64,000 nt of DNA from Macrostomum lignano (Eukaryota), in contig NIVC01000680.1 of NCBI GenBank assembly GCA_002269645.1, positions 1 through 64,000 of the forward strand, in the 5' to 3' direction. Of the stretch, positions 10,216 through 23,463 are shown piece by piece (the first letter of the stretch is position 1; each line of letters begins with the position of its first letter). Below the pieces are notes generated by a model. That model was not told the origin of the DNA. It did not search any database and saw only the letters and a list, made by a program, of their open reading frames with translations. The translations under genes were made by a program, and so were the position numbers.

Positions 10216-13200
10216 TGCACTTTCTGGCCTGAGCAGTCTTCTAGGCACTGTCTATTCTATTCCTATACTCCTCTAAAGGTATTATTCTCAGTCCTGGGCG
10301 TTCCCGGGATCAGAGGGTCACAGCGTACTTTGCTGGGTATTCTGCCCTGAGGCGGGTTTCTCCGACTCTGAGTCTGGGTTTCTCTACCCTGTGGTAGGAT
10401 CTCTGCCTCCTAAAGGCGATTTCTCAGATCCTATCCTAGATCTAGTTGTCTCGTTCACTGAGAACGGGTTGAACTCTCCCAATCTTGGGGCTTCTGATGC
10501 TTTCTAAAATAACTAAGTCAGTGAGTATCAAGCAATATACTAGAACAGTTTTAGGCTTGAAGCCAGCGAAGCACAAGTTGCACAAGTTGCTCTCCTTCTT
10601 ATTCGGCTTGTGTATTTATACTCCTCTCGATTTGGTCTTTTAAACAAATAAAATTTCATAATATTTAAAATATTTACAATATTACTAATATTATACGTAT
10701 TAAAACAAAATAGTCTAGTTTCAAATATACTACTTTCTAGGAACGAACAATGCTAAAATAAGGCCTACCTCAGAGATTTTAGGTGTGTATAACAATGTAT
10801 ATGCAGCTATATGCATATGGTACTTATAGACTAATGTTATTGTTGTTGAAAAAACTTGTGAACAGAGCCTAAAGCCCATACTCCCAAAGATGCTATTTTG
10901 TGGGGAAAATTCTTATGTGCAACAAGGTCCCAGGCAGTTTAGTACCGTATGCATGGCATGCAACAGAGTTAGAAAAGTTTTTTTTTCAGTGTGTTGCACA
11001 ATAGTACCACATTTAAAGTTTTTTTGGTTTTCTATCGCTATAAGAGCTATGAACTTGCCACTATAGCCATATATGCATAACCTTGGGATTCACTTGGCTA
11101 TTTCTATTGGCAACACACATATGCAAGTTGCTATTGGCTGAGAGCAGTCATGTGACTACTATTCTATCCAATAGTGACTTATGTGTGTGTCTTGCCAACA
11201 GAAACAGCTGGGTGAATCCCTAGGTTGTACCCAAGCATGACTATAGCTATGCCTTACTGGATTTTTTAAGGCTTTTAAAAACATTGTGATAGGGGCCTAC
11301 TTTTTTAAATAATTATTCTACATTAATTATAAGACACTATCTTTGTATTACTATATGGTAATATATGATTATTTAGGTCACTGCAATATATAAGCATTTC
11401 TACAAGTATTGTTTATCTGCTGTCTCTCATCAATCACAGTGCTATAGCATTTTGGTGGTTATCAATATCATGTTACCTAAGTCTTCTTAATATATATCTT
11501 AAGTACAGCCCTGTATGCATGGATCATATATAGCAAATACAATTCAAACTAACTGGATTTTTTTTTAATTAAAGAAACATACCAGTTTAACAAAATAAAT
11601 ACTACTTTTATTAGAAAAAGAAAATGTTTTGTAGAAAATTTATTATATTGTTATTATATTATATTAGGCCTACTTTATCTTTTAGGCATTATTATCTAGG
11701 GCATGGTACTGAAAATCAATCTACGATGCTGAAATGCTTGGGCACTAGAAAGCATGAGCATCAAAAAGCATGGAAACCATCATAGGTTAAGGCCATGTGG
11801 CTTGACTATTAAAATATAGGCATATATAGAGAAGTAATTTCTACATCTATAGACATGCAGACAGAGTTCTTATTTTTATCAGGTATTTCTCATTTTTATT
11901 GATAAAGTTCTTTTTATATAAAACCCTGGTCCCCATGGGCCATGGCCTATACATATCATATATAAAAAGGCTTAGGCCCTAACATGGATAAAATAGGTTA
12001 GAAAGAGCTTGAGTATATTGTTAGACATAGTAAATATTTGTTAAAATAGCCTTAGGCCTATATAGTTTATTTTATATGGAAAATGAAAAGCCAAAAGGCT
12101 GGTCTTAGTTATTTAATTAAGCCCCTGCCTGCCCGCTGCCCCTAGGGCCCTAGCCTAGCCTAGCCAAGCTGAGCCTATTTAACAAAAACAAAAATGTTAC
12201 AGCAGTGGCTTGCACCGCTGAATAGGTCTGTTTAATGCTTTATTAATAGTAAATAAAAAAAAATAATATAAATTTAGCGTTAAAGCAAAATGATATATCC
12301 CTGATAGTGACATTCGTCGACTCATCAACGCATGAAATGAGCGCATGTGCAAAATTTAAAACTGTGCGACTGTTTATGGTTGACGATGAATCCAATCCGG
12401 TTGTCTGACTTTCACTAATCAACAATCATGCCAGCTTTTTTATCGATTAGGGCCTAAACTTCGCTTCTATATTTCGAGCAAAAAAACTTTGAATGACGGT
12501 AAAAGTATTCAGGAAGTCCATTTAGTAAAAAAGTGAAGTGATTTATCAGACTCGAGTCTTTAGATAGCTGCTGGATCTTTGATGTTGATAATTTCAAGTG
12601 AAAATTTGCCTTGGGCTGTACAGCCATATAATGTATCATGCCAATTTGCCTCGTAAACACGCAGCATTTGATGCTTTTAGCCCTAGCTGTCAAAAATTTC
12701 GTTTATGAATAAAATAGCAATTATTCCTCGACAAGATTAGGGCTTGCTACATTTCAACTCTTGCTACAAAATGCTTTCCATCATTTCTTTGCATCCCATG
12801 CATGCCTTGTATTGTCTTTTATAATCACTGCATAAATAATTAGATATTTGCTCTTATACACGTACAGTATGTACCCTGACGTTTATCCATGCTACTACAC
12901 AACTGCAACTAAACGCATACAAAACGTAGTAGCTGTTGCCTGTTATAGTATCCACGCATGTATGAGAGAAATGATCCAGTTGAGTAAAACTTAAATTAAC
13001 TTCAACGGTACAGATAGATTTTATATATATTTTATGACATGCGCATGTATTGTGCTCATTCTCAAATTGCAATTTACACGTAGGAGCGTCAATAAAACAG
13101 CTAGACTGCAAGTGGGCTGAAATTATAGGACATGTACACTATAGCTAGCATAAACTTTATGGCCTTTGAGAGAATCACAGTGTCTTCTTTTATTATGCAG

Positions 13201-13496
13201 TATGTATATTTTAATAAGTGCATACTTCGTATATTTAGCAAAGGCGATCTATCCGCCGAATGTAATTATGAAAAAGGAATTCTACCGGTACATATAAAAA
13301 CTTAGCAAGCTCGTGCGAAGGCGAAAGATGCAGAATGCCATGTCCAGGACAGCTAGCTAAAGGAGTAACTTCAGCAAAGAGTGCATGAGCTGCAGCATAC
13401 GTTGGGGAGAAAAACAGCGACACACTAAAAGATATAAAACGAGGGCGGAAAAGACCATATGAGGGGAAGGACAGCATACAGCCACTGATGGATGTG

Positions 13497-14078
13497 AGGG
13501 GAGAGGGGAAGCAGCCACTGAAGGGTCTGAGGGGAGGGGCAGCAGCCACTGAAGGATCTGAGGGGAGGGGCAGCAGGCACTGAAGGATCTGAGGGGAGGG
13601 GCAGCAGGCACTGAAGGATCTGAGGGGAGGGGCAGCAGCCACTGAAGGATCTGAGGGGAGGGGCAGCAGCCACTGAAGGGTCTGAGGGGAGGGGCAGCAT
13701 GAAGGCACCGAAGGATCTGAGGGGAGGGGCAGCAGCCACTGAAGGGTCTGAGGGGAGGGGCAGCATGAAGGCACCGAAGGATCTGAGGGGAGGGGCAGCA
13801 GCCACTGAAGGGTCTGAGGGGAGGGGCAGCATGAAGGCACCGAAGGATCTGAGGGGAGGGGCAGCAGCCACTGAAGGGTCTGAGGGGAGGGGCAGCAGCC
13901 ATTGAAGGATCTGAGGGGAGGGGCAGCAGCCACTGAAGGGTCTGAGGGGAGGGGCAGCATGAAGGCACCGAAGGATCTGAGGGGAGGGGCAGCAGCCACT
14001 GAAGGGTCTGAGGGGAAGGGCAGCAGCCACTGAAGGATCTGAGGGGAGGGGCAGCATGAAGGCACCGAAGGATCTGAG
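13497..14078. repeat. G-rich 31/35-bp minisatellite (GAGGGGAGGGGCAGCAGCCACTGAAGGGTCT and a CATGAAGGCACC variant)
   Basis: Tandem units; explains the spurious ORFs at 13235-14117. Confidence 0.95.
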
Positions 14079-14213
14079 GGACGCGGGCAACAGCAGTACA
14101 TGAAGCAGCAACCTCAAGTCAAGTCAAAGTCAAAGTTTAACTTAGTCGAGCCACTGGCACATCAGCACAGAACACGCAGTTCGGTTCGCTGGAAGCCACA
14201 GTCAGGAAGGTGG

Positions 14214-15800
14214 TCAGCCTTCTTCCTCATCTGAAGGCAGCTGGATGGCCGCAGTGTTCAGCATGGTGCCAATCGCGTCAACCTGAAGCGCTTCAGCCTC
14301 CATGAGGAACTTTTCGCCTCCCTGCATCATCTGTTTGAACTCGCGCAGATCAATTTTGCCGTCTCCGTCTCTGTCCGCCATCTTGAGCATCTGCTCAACC
14401 TCAGCGTCAGTGAGCCGCTCGCCCAGCAGCTGCATCGCCCGCTTCAGGTCGTCGAAATTGATGAACTCTGCAGCAACGTGGATTAAAAATTACCATAAAG
14501 CAGTTTGATGCTATGATTTATTGCCTTTCCTTCACCTAGTTTTTAGGACAATCTCTCTTGATCATTCTGTACAGGGTCACCGCTACCCTCCTCTGATCCT
14601 CCGATGCAGGGTCACCGCTACCCTCCTCTGATCCTCCGATGCAGGGTCACCGCTACCCTCCTCTGATCCTCCGATGCAGGGTCACCGCTACCCTCCTCTG
14701 ATCCTCCGATGCAGGGTCACCGCTACCCTCCTCTGATCCTCCGATGCAGGGTCACCGCTACCCTCCTCTGATCCTCCGATGCAGGGTCACCGCTACCCTC
14801 CTCTGATCCTCCGATGCAGGGTCACCGCTACCCTCCTCTGATCCTCCGATGCAGGGTCACCGCTACCCTCCTCTGATCCTCCGATGCAGGGTCACCGCTA
14901 CCCTCCTCTGATCCTCCGATGCAGGGTCACCGCTACCCTCCTCTGATCCTCCGATGCAGGGTCACCGCTACCCTCCTCTGATCCTCCGATGCAGGGTCAC
15001 CGCTACCCTCCTCTGATCCTTCATTTGGGTCACTTCTACTCTCCTCTGATCCTTCATTTGGGTCACCGCTATCCTCCTCCGATCCCTCAACATGCGCCAC
15101 TACATTTTACAAGCGTATTAAAGCACATGATAGCTCGTACAAAACCATTTGATGCAGAAACTGATGCAGTTAATCTTTAAAAATTGATTTAGCAATTAAG
15201 CCTAGGTACTCAATGAATTGAACTCACTGTCGCCATCCAAATCGAACTGTCTGAAGGCTTCCAGAACTTCCGCATCCGGTACCGAGTCCGTCACTCGATG
15301 CTTCATCACGTGCTTGAACTCGTCAAAGTCCACTGTTCCATTGCCGTCTTTGTCGATTTCTTGGATCATTTTCTGAAAAATTGATTAGCGGTAATTTGGT
15401 TGCTGGGGACGCCAATTAGAGGGCCTTAAAAGCGCCAATTTGGTTGCCAGGGACGCCAATTTCCAGGTGCCTGGAGCGCAAATTTGGTTGCTAGGGACGC
15501 CAATTAGAGTGCCTGGAGCGCAAATTTGGTTGCTAGGGCCGCCAGTTAGAGTGCCTGGAGCGCCAATTTGGTTGCTAGGGACGCCAGTTAGAGCGCATGC
15601 AGCGCAAATAAATCTAATTGCTTAACAGTCTCTGTCACCTTGAGCTCATCGTCAGACGGTTTGAAACCGAAGGCGCGCATCGCATTCTCCAGCTCCTTGA
15701 TGGTGATGTCCCCGCTGCCGTCTTCGTCGAACAGGGAGAATGCTTCGCGTAGCTCCTCGATCTGCTCATCTGTCAGCTCGTCGTCGCTGTCCGTTGCCAT
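14214..15800 (-). CDS. Four-EF-hand centrin/calmodulin-like protein, 186 aa; exons 15800-15639, 15372-15228, 14467-14214
   Basis: EF loops [42 protein letters not shown] and [14 protein letters not shown]. The centrin-like segment is AMRAFGFKP. All junctions are GT-AG with compatible phases (0, 1). Confidence 0.92.
14571..15020. repeat. Homogeneous 35-bp minisatellite (GCAGGGTCACCGCTACCCTCCTCTGATCCTCCGAT) in EF-hand gene intron 2
   Basis: About 12 near-identical units. Confidence 0.95.
15395..15595. repeat. 42-bp minisatellite in EF-hand gene intron 1
   Basis: Unit AATTTGGTTGCTAGGGACGCCAATTAGAGTGCCTGGAGCGCA, 4-5 copies. Confidence 0.85.
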
Positions 15801-16319
15801 GGCAACTAATATAAATTAACAATAAATTCAGTATGTTTCAATTTACAATTATAAAGTAGAAGTTTTCTTTCTAATACAGACGCAAAGAAACTGTACGTGC
15901 TTGCGATGCCTAGCGATGCCAAATAGAACAGGACTACTTATGCCCGCCCGCTGGGGTGCCAGTTAAGCACCCAGCCTTTACCCCGACTCGGCTTGCCATA
16001 CATAAAGCGCCCAATCTTGCCTTGAAAGCCGCTGGCCCAATGAAATGAAATGAGCAAACGGTGCTTTGAGATTTGAGAGATGCGACTTAGCAGTAGAAGC
16101 GACACTATTGTATTGTTATAATATGCGCTATAAAATTCGTTTGAGCAGATACGGCAAATGCGTTGTTGGCAACACTTCTAGTCTACGGTCTTGCATCTCT
16201 CTGTATAGTGCCCCAGTTCGTGGCTTCTATCGTGCATTAATATATCAGTCTAAAATAGGGGTCGGTTGATTTCCTTACCTCAATGGGCCGGAAATCTAAA
16301 GCATGACTGCGCGGGCCAG

Positions 16320-16599
16320 AGGAGGGAAGAGAGGACATGGTCAGAGGAAATCTAGTGAGTATAGTAGAGAGATAGAAGAAAGGAGAGGCGAGGAAATAAA
16401 GGAGAGGAGAGGAGAGACAAAATAGGAGACAATAGGGGAGAGGACAGTGGAGAGGAGAGGAAATAAGGGAGAGGGGAGTAGAGAAGAGAAGAGGAGAGGA
16501 GAGGGGAGGAGAGGAGAGGAGAGGAGAGGAGAGGAGAGGAGAGGAGAGAAAGGAGAGAAGGGAGAGGAGGGAGAGGAGAGGAGAGAAAAGAGATTATTG

Positions 16600-16677
<78 letters not shown>
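16320..16677. repeat. GA-rich / (GAGAG)n / (GA)n microsatellite, possibly inside a decayed hAT-like MITE (~16254-16804)
   Basis: Purine tract. The flanking GGGCC-rich motifs and GAGTTTGTCATTCCCG end resemble Charlie-type termini, but this is weak. Confidence 0.85.
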
Positions 16678-16678
<1 letters not shown>

Positions 16679-17133
16679 CTGAGAAGAGATGAGCCCTGAG
16701 CTGTGGCAGGATTGCAATTGTGAAGTTCTAAAGGACCCGAGGGCCGGATAGAAGAGGCTTCGCGGGCCATATGTGGTCCTCGGGCCTGAGTTTGTCATTC
16801 CCCGGCTTAAAAGAATAACGATGATACACTCTAAGAGTGTTAGAATGGCTGAAAAATAGCTGATGAATACGCACGACCTTCCAACGCTCAGCGGGGGGGG
16901 GGCAAGAGCAACTCAACCGCAAACGCGTCTGACTTGCGCGCCAAGGTTCTTGGTTCGATTCCGTGCGGGGATTAACATTGGCGGGGGAATGTCGTGCGAT
17001 CCACACCCAACCCCAAGTCACAGAGAGAGTACATGCCTCACGATTAGACAGTCAGGGCTTCTGTGCACCCTGTGTGAGCGTGTGTACAAGTGCTGTGCCA
17101 CAGTACAGTACCGTATCAAAATCACTCTGATAC

Positions 17134-17461
17134 TGGTTGGCTGGTAATCTGTCTAACAGGTTGGTTGGTAATCTGTCTAACAGGTTGGATGGTAATCTGT
17201 CTAACAGGTTGGCTGGTAATCTGTCTAACAGGTTGGTTGGTAACCTGTCTAACAGGTTGGTTGGTAATCTGTCTAACAGGTTGATTGGTAATCTGTCTAA
17301 CACGTTGATTGATAATCTGTCTAACAGGTTGATTGATAATCTGTCTAACAGATTGGCTGGTAATCTGTCTAACAGGTTGGTTGATAGTCTGTCTAACAGG
17401 TTGGTTGGTAATCTGTCTAACAATTTTGCTGGTTATTTGAGTAGTTTTACACTGTCTAACA
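17134..17461. repeat. 24-bp minisatellite (AACAGGTTGGTTGGTAATCTGTCT)
   Basis: About 13 units. Confidence 0.95.
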
Positions 17462-18490
17462 GAAGCATAGATTGGCCTTAGAGTAGCAGTTTCAGTGACA
17501 TGTGCTTTTTCAACCCCTAATCAATTCCTTGTAGGCTAGCCAACGCATAATTAAAGTCAATTCCTGCAGTACAGCGGCTGTCCACACAGAGGGTCCGTCT
17601 ACAAGTAGGACCTCCTCTACTCTTTGAATTTAATTAGTGAAACTTAAATTATAAGCAAACAGTGTGTTTGGGTTTAGCATACATGATGAACTGTTAAACA
17701 CGACACTGCAGAGCCGTCTCTATCCGGTGAATGAAGCCTGCGTCTTCTGGTTCTTCGGCTCTGCTCACAGCTTGCCGAACTAGGTAGCTGTGGCTACATC
17801 TAGTAGTATCGATAGCTTTTTTAGTTGGCAGGATGGCTACAAAGATTGCATGCGAATGCGGACTGTCTTACGAATGCACATTATAAATTGAGCGTATATT
17901 CAAATATATTTCTTGTTTTAATGCGCTGTTGAACTAGCAGAGTAATACGTATAAAACTTTAAGAAAAAAATTTGGTCTTCTTATAAAAAAAAATTGGAAG
18001 CATATACTCGTACACTCGTAGAGCAAGAATAGGGATTGATCTGTATTTAGACTTGGTTGTTCGGCAGTACCGTATTATTCTTGGTAGAAAATAAGGTTGA
18101 TTTCTATATAAAACTTACTGTAAATCTTTTCGATTCGAATTTTGGACGGAATATTTCGAGTTATTCGCAATGACCGGCATTTAAATATTACTTAGACTCA
18201 CGGTGGAGAGAGTTCTATCAGATAGCTATAGAGGTACAGTGAGTACTATTATTATTAACGTTGTGTTAAGAGACCGCCATTTTTGGCGCCTCAATAGGCC
18301 AGATGACGTCATCCGACACCAATCTCACTCCGCGTAGGCTCGCAGCCAATCAGATTTTAGATGGCCAGTCGACAGTTTTAAAAGTCTCTCCCTCTCTCTC
18401 CCTAGCCCTCCCAGCCAATCAGATTTTAACTAGCCAGTCGACAGTTTGAAAAGTCTCTCCCTCTCTCTCTCCCTAGCCTTTCTCAGCCAA

Positions 18491-20248
18491 TCAGATCTCG
18501 CGGGTCAGACAGGCTAGGATGATGTCGGCGTTGGCCACCTGTTGCCGCTTCTCCCGCTCGGCTGCGCCGGCCTCCGAGGTGTACCAGGCGTGGAACTGCT
18601 CGCTGGAGCGCCAGGCATCAATCATGTAGTAACCGGGCGACCGCAGACCGCGCACCTTGTGCACCCGGCCGGTAGCCGCCACGCAGGGGAAGCCGCCTGC
18701 GGCGCGTACGCACTCGGCGTGACTGCCCAAGGTGTCGTTGCTCGGCCCGGCACCCTCGCGAACATCCAAGTCGATGATGGACAGGACAGGATAGTCTGGA
18801 GTGGATTTCAGCTTGGATGTATAAACTTAACTAGGATATTTCTATTTTGCGTAATACTGAGTTTTTTAGCATCCCTGTATCCATATCCTATATTGGAAAT
18901 TTCTTGTCAAAACTGGCTGGTGAGTTGTCGTGTGAGTCACAGCCAGGAGGACCAATCCTAAAGGCACAAATTGTGTACAAATGCTCGACAAGTAGAAGGC
19001 CAGGGCCGCTGTACACCCTCTGTGAGCGTGTCAAGGCTAACGGGGGGATTTACGAGATATCAAGTCTTAGGTCGAAAGCTACATGTAATTTATTCAAACT
19101 TTTGTATTCCATTCTTTGTTGGTTCCCCAACGGGGGGCGCTGATTGCTAGTCCATATACTAAAAATGTTGGTATATAAGTTCAGGTCTCACCGGTAGGGA
19201 TCGAGTTGCACAGCGGCACACAGTACATTTCCACCTGTTCAAGAAAGTCCTGAGCACGGAACACCGGATCGCTGGTGGTCCATTTGGCGCATTCGCGACC
19301 CTGCTCAAAGATGAGCACACCTAGGCCGTAGTTTTTCGGCCAGCAGCCTTCGATAGACTCAACCTGGTTAGACAGAAAGATGCTAAAATGAATTTTTGGG
19401 AGCGAAACCTGGAACTCAAGCAAAGTGACTCACCGTCTCGCAGTGGCCCAGCAGGTTGCCAGTGTACTGCTTCATCACGCTGGCCTGTCTAACGCAGGCG
19501 TTGCAGAAGTTTCGATGCAGGCTGCTCTGGAATCCAATGAGCACAGCGACACGGTCGCCACTCTGGCAGTCTTTTAAAGCGCTGGACTTCTGAAAGGCAA
19601 TTTGGGGGGGGCAAGGATGATACTAATGTGACGCTAATGATGATACTAATGTGACGCTAATCATGATACTAATGCGACGCTAATCATGATACTAATGCGA
19701 CGCTAATGATTATACTAATGCGACGCTAATCATGATACTAATGCGACGCTAATCATGATACTAATGCGACGCTAATGATTATACTAATGCGACGCTAATC
19801 ATGATACTAATGCGACGCTAATCATGATACTAATGCGACGCTAATGATTATACTAATGCGACGCTAATCATGATACTAATGCGACGCTAATCATGATACT
19901 AATGCGACGCTAATGATTATACTAATGCGACGCTAATCATGATACTAATGCGACGCTAATCATGATACTAATGTGACGCTAGTTATGATGCTAATGTGAC
20001 GGTAAATATGAGACTAATGTGACGCTAATTATGATACTAATTTAATGCTAATTTTGATACTAATCAGGCGCTACTGATGATACTAATTAGGTGATAATGA
20101 TAACTATTAGGTGCCAATGATAACTAATCTAGGCGCCGATGATAACTATGAGCGTATTAATCATTGTTATCATTATCTACAACCCAAAAGTGTCTGATTA
20201 AAATAACTAACATTCAAAAATCAGACTTCAGCTCACCTCGCAGCTCAT
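18491..20248 (-). CDS. Tandem DUF1330-like (dimeric alpha+beta barrel) protein, 214 aa; exons 20248-20237, 19589-19434, 19363-19192, 18795-18491
   Basis: Canonical junctions with consistent phases (0, 0, 1). Repeat 1 is VMKQYTGNLLGHCETVESIEGCWPKNYGLGVLIFEQGRECAKWTTS. Repeat 2 is CVRAAGGFPCVAATGRVHKVRG...MIDAWRSSEQFHAWYTSE. Both fit the DUF1330 pattern (xxGG..EG.W...F/W.S...A..W..S). Confidence 0.8.
19617..20150. repeat. 23-bp minisatellite (GATACTAATGCGACGCTAATCAT) with a 3-unit higher-order period
   Basis: Located in intron 1 of the DUF1330-like gene. Confidence 0.95.
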
Positions 20249-20784
20249 AATGTTCAGTAAACTGTCTTGAGCAGTGCAGGAAAATGAATCAGATTTAGTT
20301 GGAGTAACAGGCCACTGAGAAACGGTTAGCTCTGCTATATTTTAAACTGCTTGGCAGGCAAGTAGGCAATCAAAACGAGGCGCTTGGATGCAGAGAAGAG
20401 ACGGTGATGGAGAGAGAGAGAAACCCAGACTACCACACCCAATGCACTTAGGTACGTTTAACGCCAGCGTCTCTCCCATCTCTGCCTCAACTCTCTCTCT
20501 CTCTCCCCCTCTCTCTCTCTCTGTATCGTATACAAGAAGATGTGCAACGCCGTTTGGTATCCAATGACGACCAGATTTTTTTCAAAAGAACCCTTATTGC
20601 GTACAATGGCTTTGAAATTTTCTTAACGCTCATGAAATCTGTTCGTTCGGACTACTAAAGACGAAGGAAAAATAAAAACATTGAAAGATTTCTCTTTGCC
20701 TAAGCTATTCAAAATAACTTAGCCTTTAATAAATAATGGAGATGCTTTTAAACTTAGCCTATGAGACAGTACAGCCAGATCCGG

Positions 20785-21477
20785 TGTCTATGATGTCCGC
20801 TGTATCAATGATGTCAGGTGTCTATGATGTCAGGTGTCTATGATGTCAGGTGACTATGATGTCAGGTGTCTATGATGTCAGGTGTCTATGATGTCAGGTG
20901 TCTATGATGTCAGGTGTCTATGATGTCAGGTGTCTATGATGTCAGGTGTCTATGATGTCAGGTGTCTATGATGTCAGGTGTCTATGATGTCAGGTGTCTA
21001 TGATGTCAGGTGTCTATGATGTCAGGTGTCTATGATGTCAGGTGTCTATGATGTCAGGTGTCTATGATGTCAGGTGTCTATGATGTCAGGTGTCTATGAT
21101 GTCAGGTGTCTATGATGTCAGGTGTCTATGATGTCAGGTGTCTATGATGTCAGGTGTCTATGATGTCAGGTGTCTATGATGTCAGGTGTCTATGATGTCA
21201 GGTGTCTATGATGTCAGGTGTCTATGATGTCAGGTGTCTATGATGTCAGGTGTCTATGATGTCAGGTGTCTATGATGTCAGGTGTCTATGATGTCAGGTG
21301 TCTATGATGTCAGGTGTCTATGATGTCAGGTGTCTATGATGTCAGGTGTCTATGATGTCAGGTGTCTATGATGTCAGGTGTCTATGATGTCAGGTGTCTA
21401 TGATGTCAGGTGTCTATGATGTCAGGTGTCTATGATGTCAGGTGTCTATGATGTCAGGTGTCTATGGTGTTAGGTGT
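20785..21477. repeat. Homogeneous 16-bp minisatellite (GTCTATGATGTCAGGT)
   Basis: About 40 near-identical units. Confidence 0.97.
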
Positions 21478-21688
21478 CAATTAATGAATTTATAATATAT
21501 AAAAATAAAAAAACACCTAACTTCATGTTAATGTAGGCTTTCAGTTATGAAAATTCGACATATTATACATTAATACATTGACCAAAGTTCAAAAGATAGA
21601 CTACGGTGATTAGAAGATAATGTATTCTGAAAGCTGATAAAAGTTACAAAATCAAAATATTTTGTTCCGGCACATTAAAGCTTCCGTA

Positions 21689-22817
21689 TCAGGCTGCCAA
21701 CAGAGCCACGACTGCAATCATATCTGCTAGGAGCAGTACGACAAGACACATCATTGGTCGGCCGTAATTAATCTCGCTTGCAGATGGTATTGCGGAAACT
21801 GGAATTTATGAAATGGTTGGAGAGACATTATGTACTCGTAATATGATATGTTAGTTAATCGTGTGGTTATACAAAAGTGCCGCAAGCCGCTAAAAAAGGT
21901 TAGCACCAGTTTTTCTGTATTTATTCTCAACCTACAATATTAAAATAAAGGTGTCTACCTGTGGTCACTGTATAGGGTCACTGTCTAGGGTCATTGTCTA
22001 GGGTCACTGTCTAGGGTCACTGTCTAGGGTCATTGTCTATGGTCACTGTCTAGGGTCACTGTCTAGGGTCACTGTCTAGGGTCACTGTCTAGGGTCTTGT
22101 CTAGGGTCACTGTCTAGTGTCACTGTCTAGGGTCACTGTCTAGGGTCACTGTCTAGGGTCACTGTCTAGGGTCACTGTCTAGGGTCACTGTCTAGGGTCA
22201 CTGTCTACTGTCAATGTCTACGGTCACTGTCTACGGTCAATGTCTAGGGTCATTGCTTAGGGTCGCTGTCTAGGGTCATTGTCCAGGGTCATTGTCTAGG
22301 GTCATTGTCTAGGGTCACTGTCTAGGGTCACTGTCTAGGGTCACTGTCTAGGGTCACTCTTTAGGGTCGCTGCCAAGGACCACTCACAGCAGCTCCTAGC
22401 ACTGGCTAGCAGGCGTCGTCCAAATACAACTGTTGCTGTCGTTGGCTCTTTCTCCTCTTCAATGCCGGCGGCTGCTTCATCCGCAGCTGGCAAGCAGCCG
22501 TCGCAGCAGAAGCTGGCTGAGTTCGCCGACTTCCAATCGCTTTCGGTGTCGTCAAACAGCGAGCACCGACGCCGCGTCTGCTGGCCGGTCTCCGCTGCCG
22601 CCACGGACTCGACCAGGTGAACTAGCGGCACCAGAGCCGATCGAATCAGTTGCGAACTGCACGAATGATCGTCCATTGAACGTCGCCTAGCAGCTGTTGG
22701 CATCGTCAGGACTGTCGGAGTTGCGACAACTGCATCGACTTCTGGAGTCGATGACGGAGCCGGAGCCAAGGTGACACTGCGCGACCGTTGGCGATAGACA
22801 AAGAAGTTGTCCGACAT
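21689..22817 (-). CDS. Orphan protein with a C-terminal hydrophobic tail (putative tail-anchored), ~179 aa; exons 22817-22388 and 21798-21689
   Basis: Acceptor TTTTCTAG| lies just before the ATG. Donor TGCT|GTGAGT (phase 1) joins TTCCAG| to give FSAIPSASEINYGRPMMCLVVLLLADMIAVVALLAA*. Several RRxS motifs are present. Upstream exons are not excluded. Confidence 0.6.
21972..22360. repeat. 13-bp minisatellite (GTCTAGGGTCACT), block 1, intronic
   Basis: Tandem units. Confidence 0.95.
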
Positions 22818-23463
22818 TGAGGCTAGAAAATGAGTCAATGCAGAAAGAAATTGTCAGCAATCAATAACCTTTCTTCATGTTTTCCTAGTTTGCCGCATGC
22901 AGTATTTATAGAGCGCTGGTCATGTGCGCTGCTGGGCGGGAGCTGGGAGCTGAGGAAGCTGGATTCACGTGATGCCGATTGTGTGTCAACACGCCAGTTC
23001 ATGCCTCTCCTTACAGTCATACAGCCAAAGTCTGCTGAGAAACGCTAGCTTCTCTCATTGGTTATGGAATGTGTCAATAGGGCTGGGGAATGGGGAAGGA
23101 AAAAATATGCACATCAGGTCCCAGGGCCTGATGATGATGATGCTATTTAGGCATCGTGAAAAGACACGTGAAAAGCTCACGTGTTGAGAATGTTCTTCTT
23201 CTGTTACATAAAAATAGCATTCCATACAAGAGTGAAGCTTTGAGGCTGGTCTGACCTTGACTAATTGTACTGCATGCATGTACAGCAGTTCAGATTATGT
23301 TTCAGGGCGTCGGGTGACTTAAATAGACGTACGAGTATGAGTGTACAGTTGTTTATTGTTTCTTAAATCCATCAAAGGATTGTCATTGAAGGAGGCTATC
23401 TACGAGAATGGTTCACTACAAGCACGAGGAGTAGTCTGAGACTGGCTGGTTTATGAAAGCCAC

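Noticed and set aside
13235-14117. Three overlapping 200-290-aa Pro/Cys-rich ORFs
   Set aside because: Translation of the 31/35-bp minisatellite
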